A DNA stretch of 49,478 nucleotides, from the NCBI GenBank assembly GCA_964448875.1, contig CAYUXV010000340.1:1-49478 (forward strand). Reading direction: 5' to 3'. The notes below the pieces were generated by a model. It saw only the letters and a program-made list of their open reading frames with translations, searched no databases and had not been told where the DNA came from. A program made the position numbers and the translations under genes. Position 1 is the first letter of the stretch. Each line of letters begins with the position of its first letter. The stretch comes from an uncultured Verrucomicrobiota bacterium (lineage in GTDB: Bacteria > Verrucomicrobiota > Verrucomicrobiia > Limisphaerales > UBA1100). Shown piece by piece: positions 18,787-27,440 of this stretch.

Positions 18787-19529
18787 TAAGTTTGGACTCC
18801 ACCAAAACGGCGATGACGACGAGCATATTCTTCGATAGCGGCAATTAGTTCTGAGCGCCCAAATTCAGGCCAAAGGGTCGAGGTAACAACCAATTCAGCA
18901 TAAGAAATTTGCCAGAGCAGAAAGTTGCTAACCCTCATTTCACCACTTGTACGGATAAGAAGATCAGGATCAGGAATATGGCGGGTGTGGAGATGGGCAG
19001 CGATGAGTTGTTCGTCAATTTCCTGTGGATCGATTTCACCGGTTTTCGATTTTTCGGCGATTGCCCGTGTGGCATCTACAATCTCAGCGCGCGAACCATA
19101 ACTTAAGGCAAGAGTAAGCGTGAGACCGTTATTATTTTTCAGTGCCAACTTAGTTTTACTTAGTTGGGATTGGACATTTTCTGGAAGTCTGTGAATTTGC
19201 CCGATGGATTCGAGTCGCACATTATGCTTTTTCAACTCTCGGATTTCCTTTTTGAGGTAATACGCAAGATATTTCATAATCGCCTCAACTTCTTTTTCAG
19301 GGCGATTCCAATTTTCTGCAGAAAAAGTGTAAAGTGTTAAATATTTAATCCCAAGCTCACCCGCTACCTGTATTATATTTCTAACAGATTTAACACCATG
19401 GCGATGGCCCTCTACCCGAGGCAAATTCCGGCTTTTGGCCCAGCGTCCATTACCATCCATAATGATGGCTATATGCATTGGAAGTAGTTCCCGAGCGTTG
19501 GGGGTAAGTTGAGCAAGTCGACCGCTCAT
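18786..19529 (-). CDS. uppS: di-trans,poly-cis-undecaprenyl-diphosphate synthase
   Basis: HIAIIMDGNGRWA, ..TLYTFSAENW.R, RTSGE.R.SNFLLWQ. Confidence 0.95.
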   Translation of the reverse strand: MSGRLAQLTPNARELLPMHIAIIMDGNGRWAKSRNLPRVEGHRHGVKSVRNIIQVAGELGIKYLTLYTFSAENWNRPEKEVEAIMKYLAYYLKKEIRELKKHNVRLESIGQIHRLPENVQSQLSKTKLALKNNNGLTLTLALSYGSRAEIVDATRAIAEKSKTGEIDPQEIDEQLIAAHLHTRHIPDPDLLIRTSGEMRVSNFLLWQISYAELVVTSTLWPEFGRSELIAAIEEYARRHRRFGGVQT

Positions 19530-19535
19530 AACAAC

Positions 19536-20804
19536 CTATAAAACTATTGTTTGATCACGAGCAGGGCCGATGGAAACAATCTTCAATTTAGCCCCAGACA
19601 TTTCCGCAATAGCCTTAAGATATTTACGCGCATTGAGAGGCAAATCTTTCCATTTGCGAGCGCCGCTTGTATCCTTCAACCATCCGGAAAACGTCCTATA
19701 GACGGGTTTACATTTCTCAAGATCGTCAAGATCACTTGGCACAAATCTAAGCTTCTTATTGGAAAGGCGATATTGCGTGCAAACCTTTATTTTTGGAAGG
19801 GTATCCAGTCCATCCACATTTGTAACCGCAAGCTCGTTAATCCCATTTACAATAACAGATTGACGGATAGCGACTGCATCAAGCCAGCCACAGCGTCTCG
19901 GGCGCCCAGTCGTTGCGCCGAATTCACGCCCCATATCGTGAAGCATATCACTGATATCTTCATCTTCTGTTAGCAGTGGTCCACCACCAACTCGTGTGGT
20001 ATATGCCTTCATAACACCAATGACTTTGTTAATGCAGTTAGGCGGCACACCGGAACCCGTACAGGCACCACCAGCTGTTGTGTTCGAAGATGTAACGAAT
20101 GGATAAGTGCCGTGATCAATGTCAAGATAGCTTCCTTGCGCTCCTTCAAAAAGAACCTTTGAGCCATTATTGACTGCCTTATGGAGCAAAGGGAGTGTGT
20201 TAATAATGTATGGCCTAAGTCTGCGTGCGGCCTTTTCATAATCACTTAACACCTTCTTGACAGAAACAGTTCTTCCGCCAAACAGCTTGATTAACTTGTT
20301 ATTTTCCCTGACACGACTTGCAACACGCTCGGAAAGCTTTTTCTTTTCTGTGAGATCAATCATTCGCAAACCACTGCGAGCCATTTTGTCCATATAGGCT
20401 GGGCCGATCCCGCGAAGCGTTGTACCTATTTTGTTTTTACCCTTACGTTTTTCACTGCATGCTTCCAGTTCACGATGGTAAGGCATTACCACATGCGCTC
20501 TATCGCTAATAAAAAGGTTGCCTTTAACACGTACACCCCGCCCTTCAAGCTCATCGATTTCTGAGACAAGTGTTAACGGGTTAATCACCACGCCATTTCC
20601 AATTATGGATTTGGTCTTACGATGCAAAATACTCGAGGGAATGAGATGCAGAATATACTGCTGATCTCCCACTCTTACAGTGTGACCCGCGTTGCTCCCG
20701 CCCTGGCTACGAACGACAACATCAGCCTGCTCCGTAAGCACATCAATAATCTTGCCTTTGCCTTCATCGCCCCACTGGGCGCCAACAAGTATGGTGTTTG
20801 CCAT
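19536..20804 (-). CDS. purA: adenylosuccinate synthetase
   Basis: MANTILVGAQWGDEGKGK P-loop at the N-terminus, then ..GNAGHT.., GTT.RGIGP. I place the start at ATG 20804. The 34 extra codons in the track ORF (up to 20906) are non-PurA-like and contain a terminator-like hairpin. Confidence 0.93.
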   Translation of the reverse strand: MANTILVGAQWGDEGKGKIIDVLTEQADVVVRSQGGSNAGHTVRVGDQQYILHLIPSSILHRKTKSIIGNGVVINPLTLVSEIDELEGRGVRVKGNLFISDRAHVVMPYHRELEACSEKRKGKNKIGTTLRGIGPAYMDKMARSGLRMIDLTEKKKLSERVASRVRENNKLIKLFGGRTVSVKKVLSDYEKAARRLRPYIINTLPLLHKAVNNGSKVLFEGAQGSYLDIDHGTYPFVTSSNTTAGGACTGSGVPPNCINKVIGVMKAYTTRVGGGPLLTEDEDISDMLHDMGREFGATTGRPRRCGWLDAVAIRQSVIVNGINELAVTNVDGLDTLPKIKVCTQYRLSNKKLRFVPSDLDDLEKCKPVYRTFSGWLKDTSGARKWKDLPLNARKYLKAIAEMSGAKLKIVSIGPARDQTIVL

Positions 20805-20827
20805 AATATCAAAAAATGTGATCCAAC

Positions 20828-20851
20828 AAAAAACCCCGATCTTGGTCGGGG
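20828..20851 (-). terminator. intrinsic-terminator-like hairpin plus U-tract in the purA 5' leader (candidate attenuator)
   Basis: Minus strand reads CCCCGA-ccaaga-TCGGGG (20851->20834) followed immediately by TTTTTT (20833->20828). The purA ATG is 23 nt further downstream. Confidence 0.5.
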
Positions 20852-20951
20852 CAAACGCCGCGCTATCTGCCGCGAGAGTGTCCTCTTCCTGCCTCATCAT
20901 TGTCAATCAATTCCCTTGCGGCACAGCATCCTTCCAACGCATTCTTTGCGC

Positions 20952-21752
20952 ATGTCGTTGCCCGCTGATTACCATATGCACACGCCCTTGTGTCGCCATG
21001 CAAAGGGCGAACCTGTGGAATATGCCGAGCGAGCGCTTGAGCTACGACTGCCAGAAATTGGCTTTAGCGACCACTCCCCGGTCGAACATGATGATCAGGA
21101 TGACTGGCGCATGCTGGCCGGCGAGCTAAGTGAGTATGTCATGAAAGTACAACTTGCGCGCGACACCCACCCTGCCCTGCCCATACGGCATGGACTTGAG
21201 GTTGATTTTATTCCCGGGCATGAACCCTGGATAGTAGAAATGGCGCGCCGCTATGAATGGGATTACTTCATCGGCTCGGTACATTACGTCTCCGGAAAAT
21301 GGGATTTTGATAACCCAAAACGACTTGCCGAGTGGGCTGACCACGATGTGGACGAGGTGTGGGCTGATTATTTCAATCGCCTGACTAACGCAGCTGCTTC
21401 TGGGTTGTTCCAGATTATAGGCCACCCTGATCTCCCAAAGAAATTCGGCCACAGACCCACACGCGACTGCACGGGTCTTTACATTAATTTCCTTGCTGCC
21501 TGTGAGAGTGGCGGCACCTGTATTGAGCTGAATACCGCTGGACTACGCAAGGACTGCGCTGAGATGTATCCCAGCCTTGAGTTCCTTAAACTCGCCAGGT
21601 CAACCAACGTCCAGATCACCTTTGGATCGGACGCCCATGCACCGCATGAGGTGGGCATGAACTTAGAGGATGCCGTAAGCCTTGCCCGTGAAGCCGGCTA
21701 TCAGCAGTGCTGCCGATTTAATAGGAGAGAAAAGAGTGTGATAGCGTTTTAA
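20952..21752 (+). CDS. hisK: histidinol-phosphatase, PHP family (HisJ/HisK type)
   Basis: MSLPADYHMHTPLCRHA.. (the PHP HxH motif) and a later GHPD motif, at a length typical of the family (266 aa). The upstream 110 codons in the track ORF are antisense to purA and were rejected. Confidence 0.8.
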   Translation: MSLPADYHMHTPLCRHAKGEPVEYAERALELRLPEIGFSDHSPVEHDDQDDWRMLAGELSEYVMKVQLARDTHPALPIRHGLEVDFIPGHEPWIVEMARRYEWDYFIGSVHYVSGKWDFDNPKRLAEWADHDVDEVWADYFNRLTNAAASGLFQIIGHPDLPKKFGHRPTRDCTGLYINFLAACESGGTCIELNTAGLRKDCAEMYPSLEFLKLARSTNVQITFGSDAHAPHEVGMNLEDAVSLAREAGYQQCCRFNRREKSVIAF

Positions 21753-21921
21753 CTTTCACTTAAGCAATCAATAAACACCAAAATCCGCCGCTGATACTGC
21801 TTCCGCCAGATACTCCTTCCTGATTTGGACTTGATTTCAGGTTTCACCAATTGTTCTTCTTTCAAATAACCACCAGCCCCAACAGCGAAACCATCAATAT
21901 AAGATACTTTCTCACCCTGGC

Positions 21922-22692
21922 CTACTTTGCGATACCACGTTCACTTGATTGAATGAAATTCAACAGATGATCCAGTTCCGGTCCGGAAGCAACCTCTACT
22001 CTTGCCTTATCAATAGCTTTAGAGACCGTGAGGTTTTCACGAAAAAGAATGCGATGGGCTTGCTTGAGATATGCTTGAACATTTTCTGGCACATCATTAC
22101 GCCTTAGTCCTTCCTTGTTAAGTGCGCGTGTTACAGCCGGGTTACCATCAGCCATCATATAAGGAGGGATATCCTGAACCACCTTACTACATCCACCAAT
22201 TATAGACATGGTCCCAATTCGACAAAATTGGTGCACTGCCGCCAAGCCACCAATAATTGCCCGATCTTCCACTATCACGTGCCCTGCTAAAGTCCCTACA
22301 TTAGACATTACAATGTGGCTGCCTAGTTGGCAATCGTGGGCAATGTGTGTGTATGCGAGGAAATTGTTGTCGTCTCCGATAACCGTCGCATTTCCGTTGT
22401 CTGTAGCGCTGTGAATGGTGACGTATTCGCGAATAGTGTTCCTGTTTCCAATACGTGTCCATGCGGTGCCGCCATCCCACTTTAAATCCTGCGTGCGCAA
22501 GCCAATTGAAGCAAAGGGGTAAAAATGGTTTTCGTCACCGATTTTAGTATGACCATCGACAACAACGTGCGAGTGCAGTTTGCAGCCAGAACCGATTGTA
22601 ACATGTTCCCCAACTACACAATAGGGACCAATTATACACTTATCGCCTATTGCCGCGCGCTCATGGATAACGGCGGTTGCGTGAATACTCAT
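21922..22692 (-). CDS. lpxA: acyl-ACP--UDP-N-acetylglucosamine O-acyltransferase
   Basis: Left-handed beta-helix hexapeptide repeats followed by the LpxA C-terminal helical domain. ATGA overlap with the lpxC/fabZ stop. Confidence 0.9.
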   Translation of the reverse strand: MSIHATAVIHERAAIGDKCIIGPYCVVGEHVTIGSGCKLHSHVVVDGHTKIGDENHFYPFASIGLRTQDLKWDGGTAWTRIGNRNTIREYVTIHSATDNGNATVIGDDNNFLAYTHIAHDCQLGSHIVMSNVGTLAGHVIVEDRAIIGGLAAVHQFCRIGTMSIIGGCSKVVQDIPPYMMADGNPAVTRALNKEGLRRNDVPENVQAYLKQAHRILFRENLTVSKAIDKARVEVASGPELDHLLNFIQSSERGIAK

Positions 22693-24029
22693 TGATCGTT
22701 CGGACTGAAAAGCATGAAAGTAACAGCAGCCTCACTAACGGTTTCGCCATCAACCAGGCATTTACCATGGGCCTTTCCAATTTTCCCGCGCGACTTAAGT
22801 AGTTCAACCTGTATCGTGATGGTATCTCCGGGGTGCACGGGCTTGCGCCATTTTACATTGTCGGCACTGGTGAAATAGGCAAGTTTGCCGAGGTTCTCAG
22901 CTTTTTTAAGCATTAAGATTCCACCAACCTGTGCAATAGCTTCAAGCTGAAGGACACCTGGCATGATGGGGTGTCCTGGAAAATGGCCTTCAAAGTACGG
23001 TTCATTAACGCTGACATTTTTGATTGCGACTATCCGGTTGCCATCTATTTCCTTTACGTGATCCACCAAAAGGAATGGATATCTGTGTGGCAGGACTTTC
23101 ATTACCTGTGTAACATTTAGTTCAGAACCATCCTGTATAATGCTCTCTGTCTCACTAGCGGCAGGTGGTGGCGCAAATGTCTGAGCGGCTTGAAGTGGCT
23201 TTCTCATTTGCACCTGTATTTGGCGAGTCAGTTCACAGTTGGCACTATGACTAGGACGTGTGGCGACAATATGTGCATGTATTGGCCTTCCTAGCAGCGA
23301 GAGATCACCAACAATATCGAGCATTTTGTGACGAACAAATTCGTTTGAATAACGGAGAGGTTCGTTAGTTAGTACTGCGTCATCCCGCACCACAACGGCA
23401 TTCTCCAGGCTCCCCCCCTTGATTAACCCCTTTTTGAACAAATGTTCTATTTCCTCGTAAAAACAAAAAGTTCGAGCACGGGCTAGTTCCTGCTCCCAGC
23501 TCTCTGGTGTCAGTTCAAGACTGTAGAACTGTGTATAGCGATTATCAGTGTCAGAACTTGTACAGGTTATTTTAAATCCATTATGAGGAAAAGCTGCTAT
23601 ATGACTTTCGCCAATCTGAATTTCAACAGGATCCATCAACCTATAGGGGTCACTAGGATCATCTTGCTTTTCTAATCCTGCTTTAATAATTGCCCTACAA
23701 ATATCAGCACTGCTACCGTCGCCAATCGGGGGTTCATTGGCATCAAGTTCGATTGTCGCATTGTTAATTCCAAATCCCGCCAATGCTGCCAGAACATGCT
23801 CAACGGTGTGAATACGAATATTACCCTTTGCTAGTGTTGTCGAGCGCTGGGTATCAGTAACATTATCAACAAGCGCTTCAATTTCCGGTTTGCCGTCCAA
23901 GTCGACGCGACGAAAACGGATACCACTACCAGCCGGCGACGGCAACACGGTAAGGCTTACTTTATTGCCACCGTGCAGACCATAGCCGAAAAGCTGTGCA
24001 GGCTTCCTCAGTGTCAGCTGACTTAACAC
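22689..24029 (-). CDS. lpxC/fabZ: bifunctional UDP-3-O-acyl-GlcNAc deacetylase / 3-hydroxyacyl-ACP dehydratase (LpxC-FabZ fusion)
   Basis: N-terminal LpxC ([32 protein letters not shown]) and C-terminal FabZ ([23 protein letters not shown]). Fusions of this kind are known in several phyla. GTG start. Confidence 0.92.
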   Translation of the reverse strand: MLSQLTLRKPAQLFGYGLHGGNKVSLTVLPSPAGSGIRFRRVDLDGKPEIEALVDNVTDTQRSTTLAKGNIRIHTVEHVLAALAGFGINNATIELDANEPPIGDGSSADICRAIIKAGLEKQDDPSDPYRLMDPVEIQIGESHIAAFPHNGFKITCTSSDTDNRYTQFYSLELTPESWEQELARARTFCFYEEIEHLFKKGLIKGGSLENAVVVRDDAVLTNEPLRYSNEFVRHKMLDIVGDLSLLGRPIHAHIVATRPSHSANCELTRQIQVQMRKPLQAAQTFAPPPAASETESIIQDGSELNVTQVMKVLPHRYPFLLVDHVKEIDGNRIVAIKNVSVNEPYFEGHFPGHPIMPGVLQLEAIAQVGGILMLKKAENLGKLAYFTSADNVKWRKPVHPGDTITIQVELLKSRGKIGKAHGKCLVDGETVSEAAVTFMLFSPNDQ

Positions 24030-24072
24030 ACCATGTAATTAACCGCATGACTCTTCAAGAGGCAAGTCGAGT

Positions 24073-26541
24073 CTATGCTTCGATTTCTTCGGCAGATTCT
24101 TTAGCCTCGCGGTCAGCATTAGCTGCCTTCCGTGAAAGGCGAACCTTGCCTCGTTCATCGATGCCAAGGCACTTGACCGTAATTTTATCGCCTTCCTTGA
24201 AAAGGTCTTCGACCTTTTTAACACGGTAATCGGCAAGTTCACTGATGTGGCAGAGCCCATCGCGACCGGGAAGGAACTCAACGAAGCATCCAAACTCTTT
24301 GATCGTGACCACCGTTCCTTCATATAATTTGCCCTCCTCAGGCTCCTCATCACTAACTTCACGATCTTCACGCGCGGGAGGAGCGTCATCCATGTTTCCA
24401 TCATCACCATCACTCTCCTCTCCGCTCATCTCAGCCATGGCAGCCTTGCGAGAGAGTTTCACTTTTCCGCGATCGTCAACGCCAAGGCATTTCACATGAA
24501 TCAGGTCCCCTTCCTTCACAACATCCTCAGTACGATTCACACGAGTATTGGCCAACTCGCTAATGTGACAGAGCCCGTCCTTCCCCGGTAGAAATTCCAC
24601 AAAACAACCGAAGTCTTTAATGGTATTAACCGTGCCGTGATAAATCTTACCGACTTCAGCTTCAGCCGTCATCCCTTCCACTTCATCGATGGCCACTTGC
24701 ATGCCCTCTGGATTGAGGGAGTATATATTCACCGTACCGTCGTCCTCGATATTAATTTCACAACCCGACTCCTCAACGATACGTTTGATATTCTTCCCGC
24801 CCGGGCCAATAATCATGCCGATCTTGTCTGGGTCCACTTTCAACTGCGTGATGCGAGGCGCGTAAGGACTCATTTCACCAGGCTTACTGATGGTCTCGTT
24901 CATGATGTCGATGATTTCATGACGCGATTTGCGTGCGACCTCAATAGCCTCTTCCATTATGTTCATCGGCAGACCTTTTAGCTTGAGATCGAGCTGGAAT
25001 CCGGTAATGCCTTCCTTGCTGCCGGCAATTTTGCAATCCATGTCACAGAAGGCATCTTCCCAGCCCATAATGTCAGTAAGGATGCGGTAGTCAGCAATCT
25101 TGTCGTTGTCATCGAGCTTGGTGCAAATGCCGATGCTTATACCTGCGCACGCACCTTTCATTTCCACTCCTGCATTCAAGAGCGACAAACTACCGCCACA
25201 AACACTGGCCATGGAGCTTGATCCATTGGACTCGAGAATCTCGGCAACCTGTCGAACGGCGTACGGATAATTGTCATCCATCGGCAGCATTGGAAGCAGG
25301 GAACGTTCAGCCAGCGCGCCGTGACCAACCTCGCGACGTCCGGGGCCCATAATACGACCCGTTTCCCCGACTGAATAGTTCGGAAAATTATAGTGCAGAA
25401 TAAACTGCTTGCTGTCTTCTCCTCCTGTATAGGAGTCAAAACGTTGGGAATCATCAGTTGTGCCAAGTGTTGTGGTCACAAGTGCTTGCGTCTCCCCACG
25501 CGTGAACAGCGCTGAACCATGTGTGCGGGGCAATACACCCACTTCACACGTAATGCCACGCAATTCATCAACTTTGCGGCCGTCTAGGCGCTTGCCTTCA
25601 TCAAGTATAAGGCCTCGAAGCACAGTCTTTTGGATATGGTAAAACGCCTGATCCACGACCGCGTCGGAAACATCCTCTTCACCAAACTCCTCCCGGAGCT
25701 TGGTTGCCACGTTGTCCTTGATAGCACTCACCTTGTTTTCGCGCTCGAGCTTAGCCTTAGTCAACAACGCTTCTACGATATCATCGCCTGCGAGCGTCTC
25801 CGCCTTTTCAAAAATGGCAGGTGGCACCACGAAAAGTTGATCACTGATGTCCCGCTTCTCCTTGCCGCATTTATCAGCAAGTTCCTTTTGGGCAGCGATC
25901 TGTGGCAGACAGCATTCTTGGCCAAATTTTAGAGCCTCAATAAAATCTGCTTCCGTAATCTGTTCAGCCGAACCTTCATACATCACCACATCGGTCTCGT
26001 TGCCAACATAAAGGAGATCGAGATCGCTCTCGGCCTGCTCATCGTTGGTAGGGTTGGCTACAAATTTTCCATCCACTCGGCCTACACGCACAGCCCCGAG
26101 CGGCCCATCCCATGGTATGTCGCTAACCATCAGTGCCGCTGAAGCCCCAAGAATGCTCATCACATCAGGCTCATTCTCTCCATCGGCACTGAGCAACAGA
26201 CCATATACCTGACACTCGTTAAACCAGCCCTTCTTAAACAGCGGCCGAATCGGTCGGTCTGTAAGGCGGCAGGTGAGAATTTCTTTGTCGCTTGGACGAC
26301 CTTCGCGGCGAAAATAGTTTCCGGGAATCTGCCCACAGGCGAAGGCACGCTCGCGGTAATCCACTTGCAACGGAAACCAGTCTTGCCCTTCGCGACCTTT
26401 GGAGGCAGCGACGACGGCCGTCATTACGATCGTCTCGCCCATTTGTACTGTTACGGTGCCATCGGCCTGCTTTGTAATATTGCCGGTGCCGATGGTTATT
26501 TCCTTGTCGCCAACTTTGGCGGTTACTTTATCTTTAATCAT
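24073..26541 (-). CDS. pnp: polyribonucleotide nucleotidyltransferase (PNPase) with two C-terminal S1 domains
   Basis: Two RNase PH domains, a KH domain ([15 protein letters not shown]), then two S1 copies separated by an acidic linker. At 822 aa it is longer than the roughly 700-710 aa typical of PNPase. Confidence 0.95.
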   Translation of the reverse strand: MIKDKVTAKVGDKEITIGTGNITKQADGTVTVQMGETIVMTAVVAASKGREGQDWFPLQVDYRERAFACGQIPGNYFRREGRPSDKEILTCRLTDRPIRPLFKKGWFNECQVYGLLLSADGENEPDVMSILGASAALMVSDIPWDGPLGAVRVGRVDGKFVANPTNDEQAESDLDLLYVGNETDVVMYEGSAEQITEADFIEALKFGQECCLPQIAAQKELADKCGKEKRDISDQLFVVPPAIFEKAETLAGDDIVEALLTKAKLERENKVSAIKDNVATKLREEFGEEDVSDAVVDQAFYHIQKTVLRGLILDEGKRLDGRKVDELRGITCEVGVLPRTHGSALFTRGETQALVTTTLGTTDDSQRFDSYTGGEDSKQFILHYNFPNYSVGETGRIMGPGRREVGHGALAERSLLPMLPMDDNYPYAVRQVAEILESNGSSSMASVCGGSLSLLNAGVEMKGACAGISIGICTKLDDNDKIADYRILTDIMGWEDAFCDMDCKIAGSKEGITGFQLDLKLKGLPMNIMEEAIEVARKSRHEIIDIMNETISKPGEMSPYAPRITQLKVDPDKIGMIIGPGGKNIKRIVEESGCEINIEDDGTVNIYSLNPEGMQVAIDEVEGMTAEAEVGKIYHGTVNTIKDFGCFVEFLPGKDGLCHISELANTRVNRTEDVVKEGDLIHVKCLGVDDRGKVKLSRKAAMAEMSGEESDGDDGNMDDAPPAREDREVSDEEPEEGKLYEGTVVTIKEFGCFVEFLPGRDGLCHISELADYRVKKVEDLFKEGDKITVKCLGIDERGKVRLSRKAANADREAKESAEEIEA
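24121..24651 (-). repeat. tandem duplication of the S1-domain coding segment inside pnp (copies 24439-24651 and 24121-24333, linker 24334-24438)
   Basis: Manual alignment of [48 protein letters not shown] against [48 protein letters not shown] gives 54 of 71 identical residues by my count. Confidence 0.9.
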
Positions 26542-26575
26542 TTTCGTCTTGGCTGCCCGCTAGAGGAACTTCAGT

Positions 26576-26597
26576 CAGCCTCCCCTCAGGGGTGCTG
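26576..26597 (-). promoter_or_regulatory. hairpin in the pnp 5' leader
   Basis: Plus strand reads cagc-ct-cccc-tca-gggg-t-gctg. It lies 35-56 nt upstream of the pnp ATG at 26541. Confidence 0.3.
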
Positions 26598-26714
26598 GAT
26601 GAAATCACTCTGCTAACAGCAATTAGTTTGTCGCGATTTTCGTTTATATTATGCAATAATACAGGTCGCGTTTCCTGTTCGTTTTGCGAAAAACAATGGG
26701 AGGGCCTTCGGTTC

Positions 26715-26975
26715 TCAGCGAATGCCGAGCTCCTTTTTGACTTCCGTGAACTTGTTGAGATCCTTGCGCAAGAGGTACTTCAAAAGCCGTTTTCTGTAAC
26801 TTACCATGTTAAGTAAGCCACGGCGCGTGCTGTGGTCCTTTTTGTTTTGTGCAAGGTGTTTCTCAAGGTGCTTGATGCGTGTCGATAGAATGGCAATCTG
26901 CACCTCTGTCGAACCCGTGTCCGACTCATTCCTTTGAAAATCCTTAATCGCTTCCGCTTTGCTTCTTACTTCCAT
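26715..26975 (-). CDS. rpsO: 30S ribosomal protein S15
   Basis: 86 aa with ..SDTGSTEVQIAILSTRIKHLEKHL..HKKDHSTRRGLL..V.RKRLLKYL. Classic position upstream of pnp. Confidence 0.95.
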   Translation of the reverse strand: MEVRSKAEAIKDFQRNESDTGSTEVQIAILSTRIKHLEKHLAQNKKDHSTRRGLLNMVSYRKRLLKYLLRKDLNKFTEVKKELGIR

Positions 26976-27019
26976 TTCTTTGTTTCAACGGCCGAACATA
27001 GTGCTTATAGGCTGTTTGT

Positions 27020-27048
27020 AAAGCGATTTATCTCCTGCACTTCGCTTT
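27020..27048 (-). promoter_or_regulatory. 7-bp hairpin in the putative rpsO 5' UTR
   Basis: AAAGCGA (27020-27026) pairs with TCGCTTT (27042-27048), leaving a 15-nt loop that contains AGGAG on the minus strand. Confidence 0.3.
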
Positions 27049-27061
27049 CCAGTTAACAAAT

Positions 27062-27089
27062 AATATATCCTAATCATTCGATTTGACAA
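27062..27089 (-). promoter_or_regulatory. candidate sigma70-type promoter for rpsO
   Basis: Minus strand reads TTGTCA (27089->27084), a 16-nt spacer, then TATATT (27067->27062). This is about 85 nt upstream of the rpsO ATG. Confidence 0.35.
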
Positions 27090-27113
27090 TCAGCTGCATT
27101 TTTGGTGGATAAT
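27083..27113 (+). promoter_or_regulatory. candidate sigma70-type promoter for the tRNA gene
   Basis: TTGACA (27083-27088), a 19-nt spacer, then GATAAT (27108-27113). The tRNA 5' end is at 27123. The spacer is at the long end of the usual range. Confidence 0.35.
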
Positions 27114-27122
27114 CGCGCTTCC

Positions 27123-27199
27123 GGCAGAGTAGCTCAGTTGGTTAGAGCAGCGGAATCATAATCCGCTTGTCGGGGGTTCGAGTCCCTCCTCTGCTACCA
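27123..27199 (+). tRNA. tRNA with anticodon CAU (elongator Met or lysidine-modified Ile2; not initiator-like), CCA encoded
   Basis: Cloverleaf folded by hand: acceptor GGCAGAG/CTCTGCT (G1-U72 wobble), U8 A9, D arm GCTC-AGTTGGTTA-GAGC, anticodon arm GCGGA-AUCAUAA-TCCGC, variable loop TTGTC, T arm GGGGG-TTCGAGT-CCCTC, A73, CCA. It lacks the three G:C pairs in the anticodon stem and the 1:72 mismatch of initiator tRNA. Confidence 0.9.
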
Positions 27200-27440
27200 T
27201 TTTCCTTGGCCGGCGATCATTGCTTTAGTTTTACTCTTGATTTTCAGCTCATCCTAGAAGGATAGGACCTCTCCGAAAGCTCGCGCTTTTGTCTTTAACT
27301 ATTCAGAAATCTGGTTTTGGTTTTATGTTTTTAGTAAATAACAATTTGTCTGCGAATATCTTGCGTGCATAGTTGAGTAACTTTCCTTTGCTGGACCACT
27401 TCTATGCCACTTATTGTTCACAGGTAATTTTGCACTGACT

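Noticed and set aside
20805-20906. A 34-codon in-frame N-terminal extension of purA in the ORF track (MTMMRQEEDTLAADSAAFAPTKIGVFCWITFFDI-)
   Set aside because: The PurA N-terminus is highly conserved and begins just before the GxQWGDEGKGK loop. The extension is unlike PurA and is occupied by a terminator-like hairpin, so I treat it as leader sequence and place the start at 20804.
20622-20951. Long upstream extensions and alternative ORFs on the plus strand ahead of the histidinol phosphatase (20622.. and 20692..21129)
   Set aside because: They run antisense through the purA coding sequence. The PHP-family N-terminus (MSLPADYHMHT) starts at 20952. These are longest-ORF artefacts.
21753-21921. 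The 169-bp convergent spacer between the phosphatase gene and lpxA. It has an open minus-strand frame of about 55 codons (..GEKVSYIDGFAVGAGGYLKEEQLVKPEIKSKSGRSIWRKQYQRRILVFIDCLSES) and a weak CCTGA/TCAGG stem.
   Set aside because: There is no ATG and no recognisable motif, and the frame partly overlaps the lpxA 3' end. The stem is only 5 bp with a 13-nt loop and no T-run. This is not enough to call a gene or a terminator.
24039-24499. ORFs 24039..24413 (minus strand) and 24245..24499 (plus strand), which overlap the pnp 3' region
   Set aside because: They overlap the second S1 domain and the acidic linker of pnp in other frames. The pnp frame is clearly the coding one because it shows the duplicated S1 motifs.
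27200-27440. The 241-bp region between the tRNA and mreB, examined for an ncRNA or terminator (e.g. AAAGC-tcgc-GCTTT followed by TGTCTTT, and CCTA/TAGG stems)
   Set aside because: The stems are only 4-5 bp and AU-rich. I found no recognisable Rfam-like motif by eye, so this is probably just the mreB promoter and leader.
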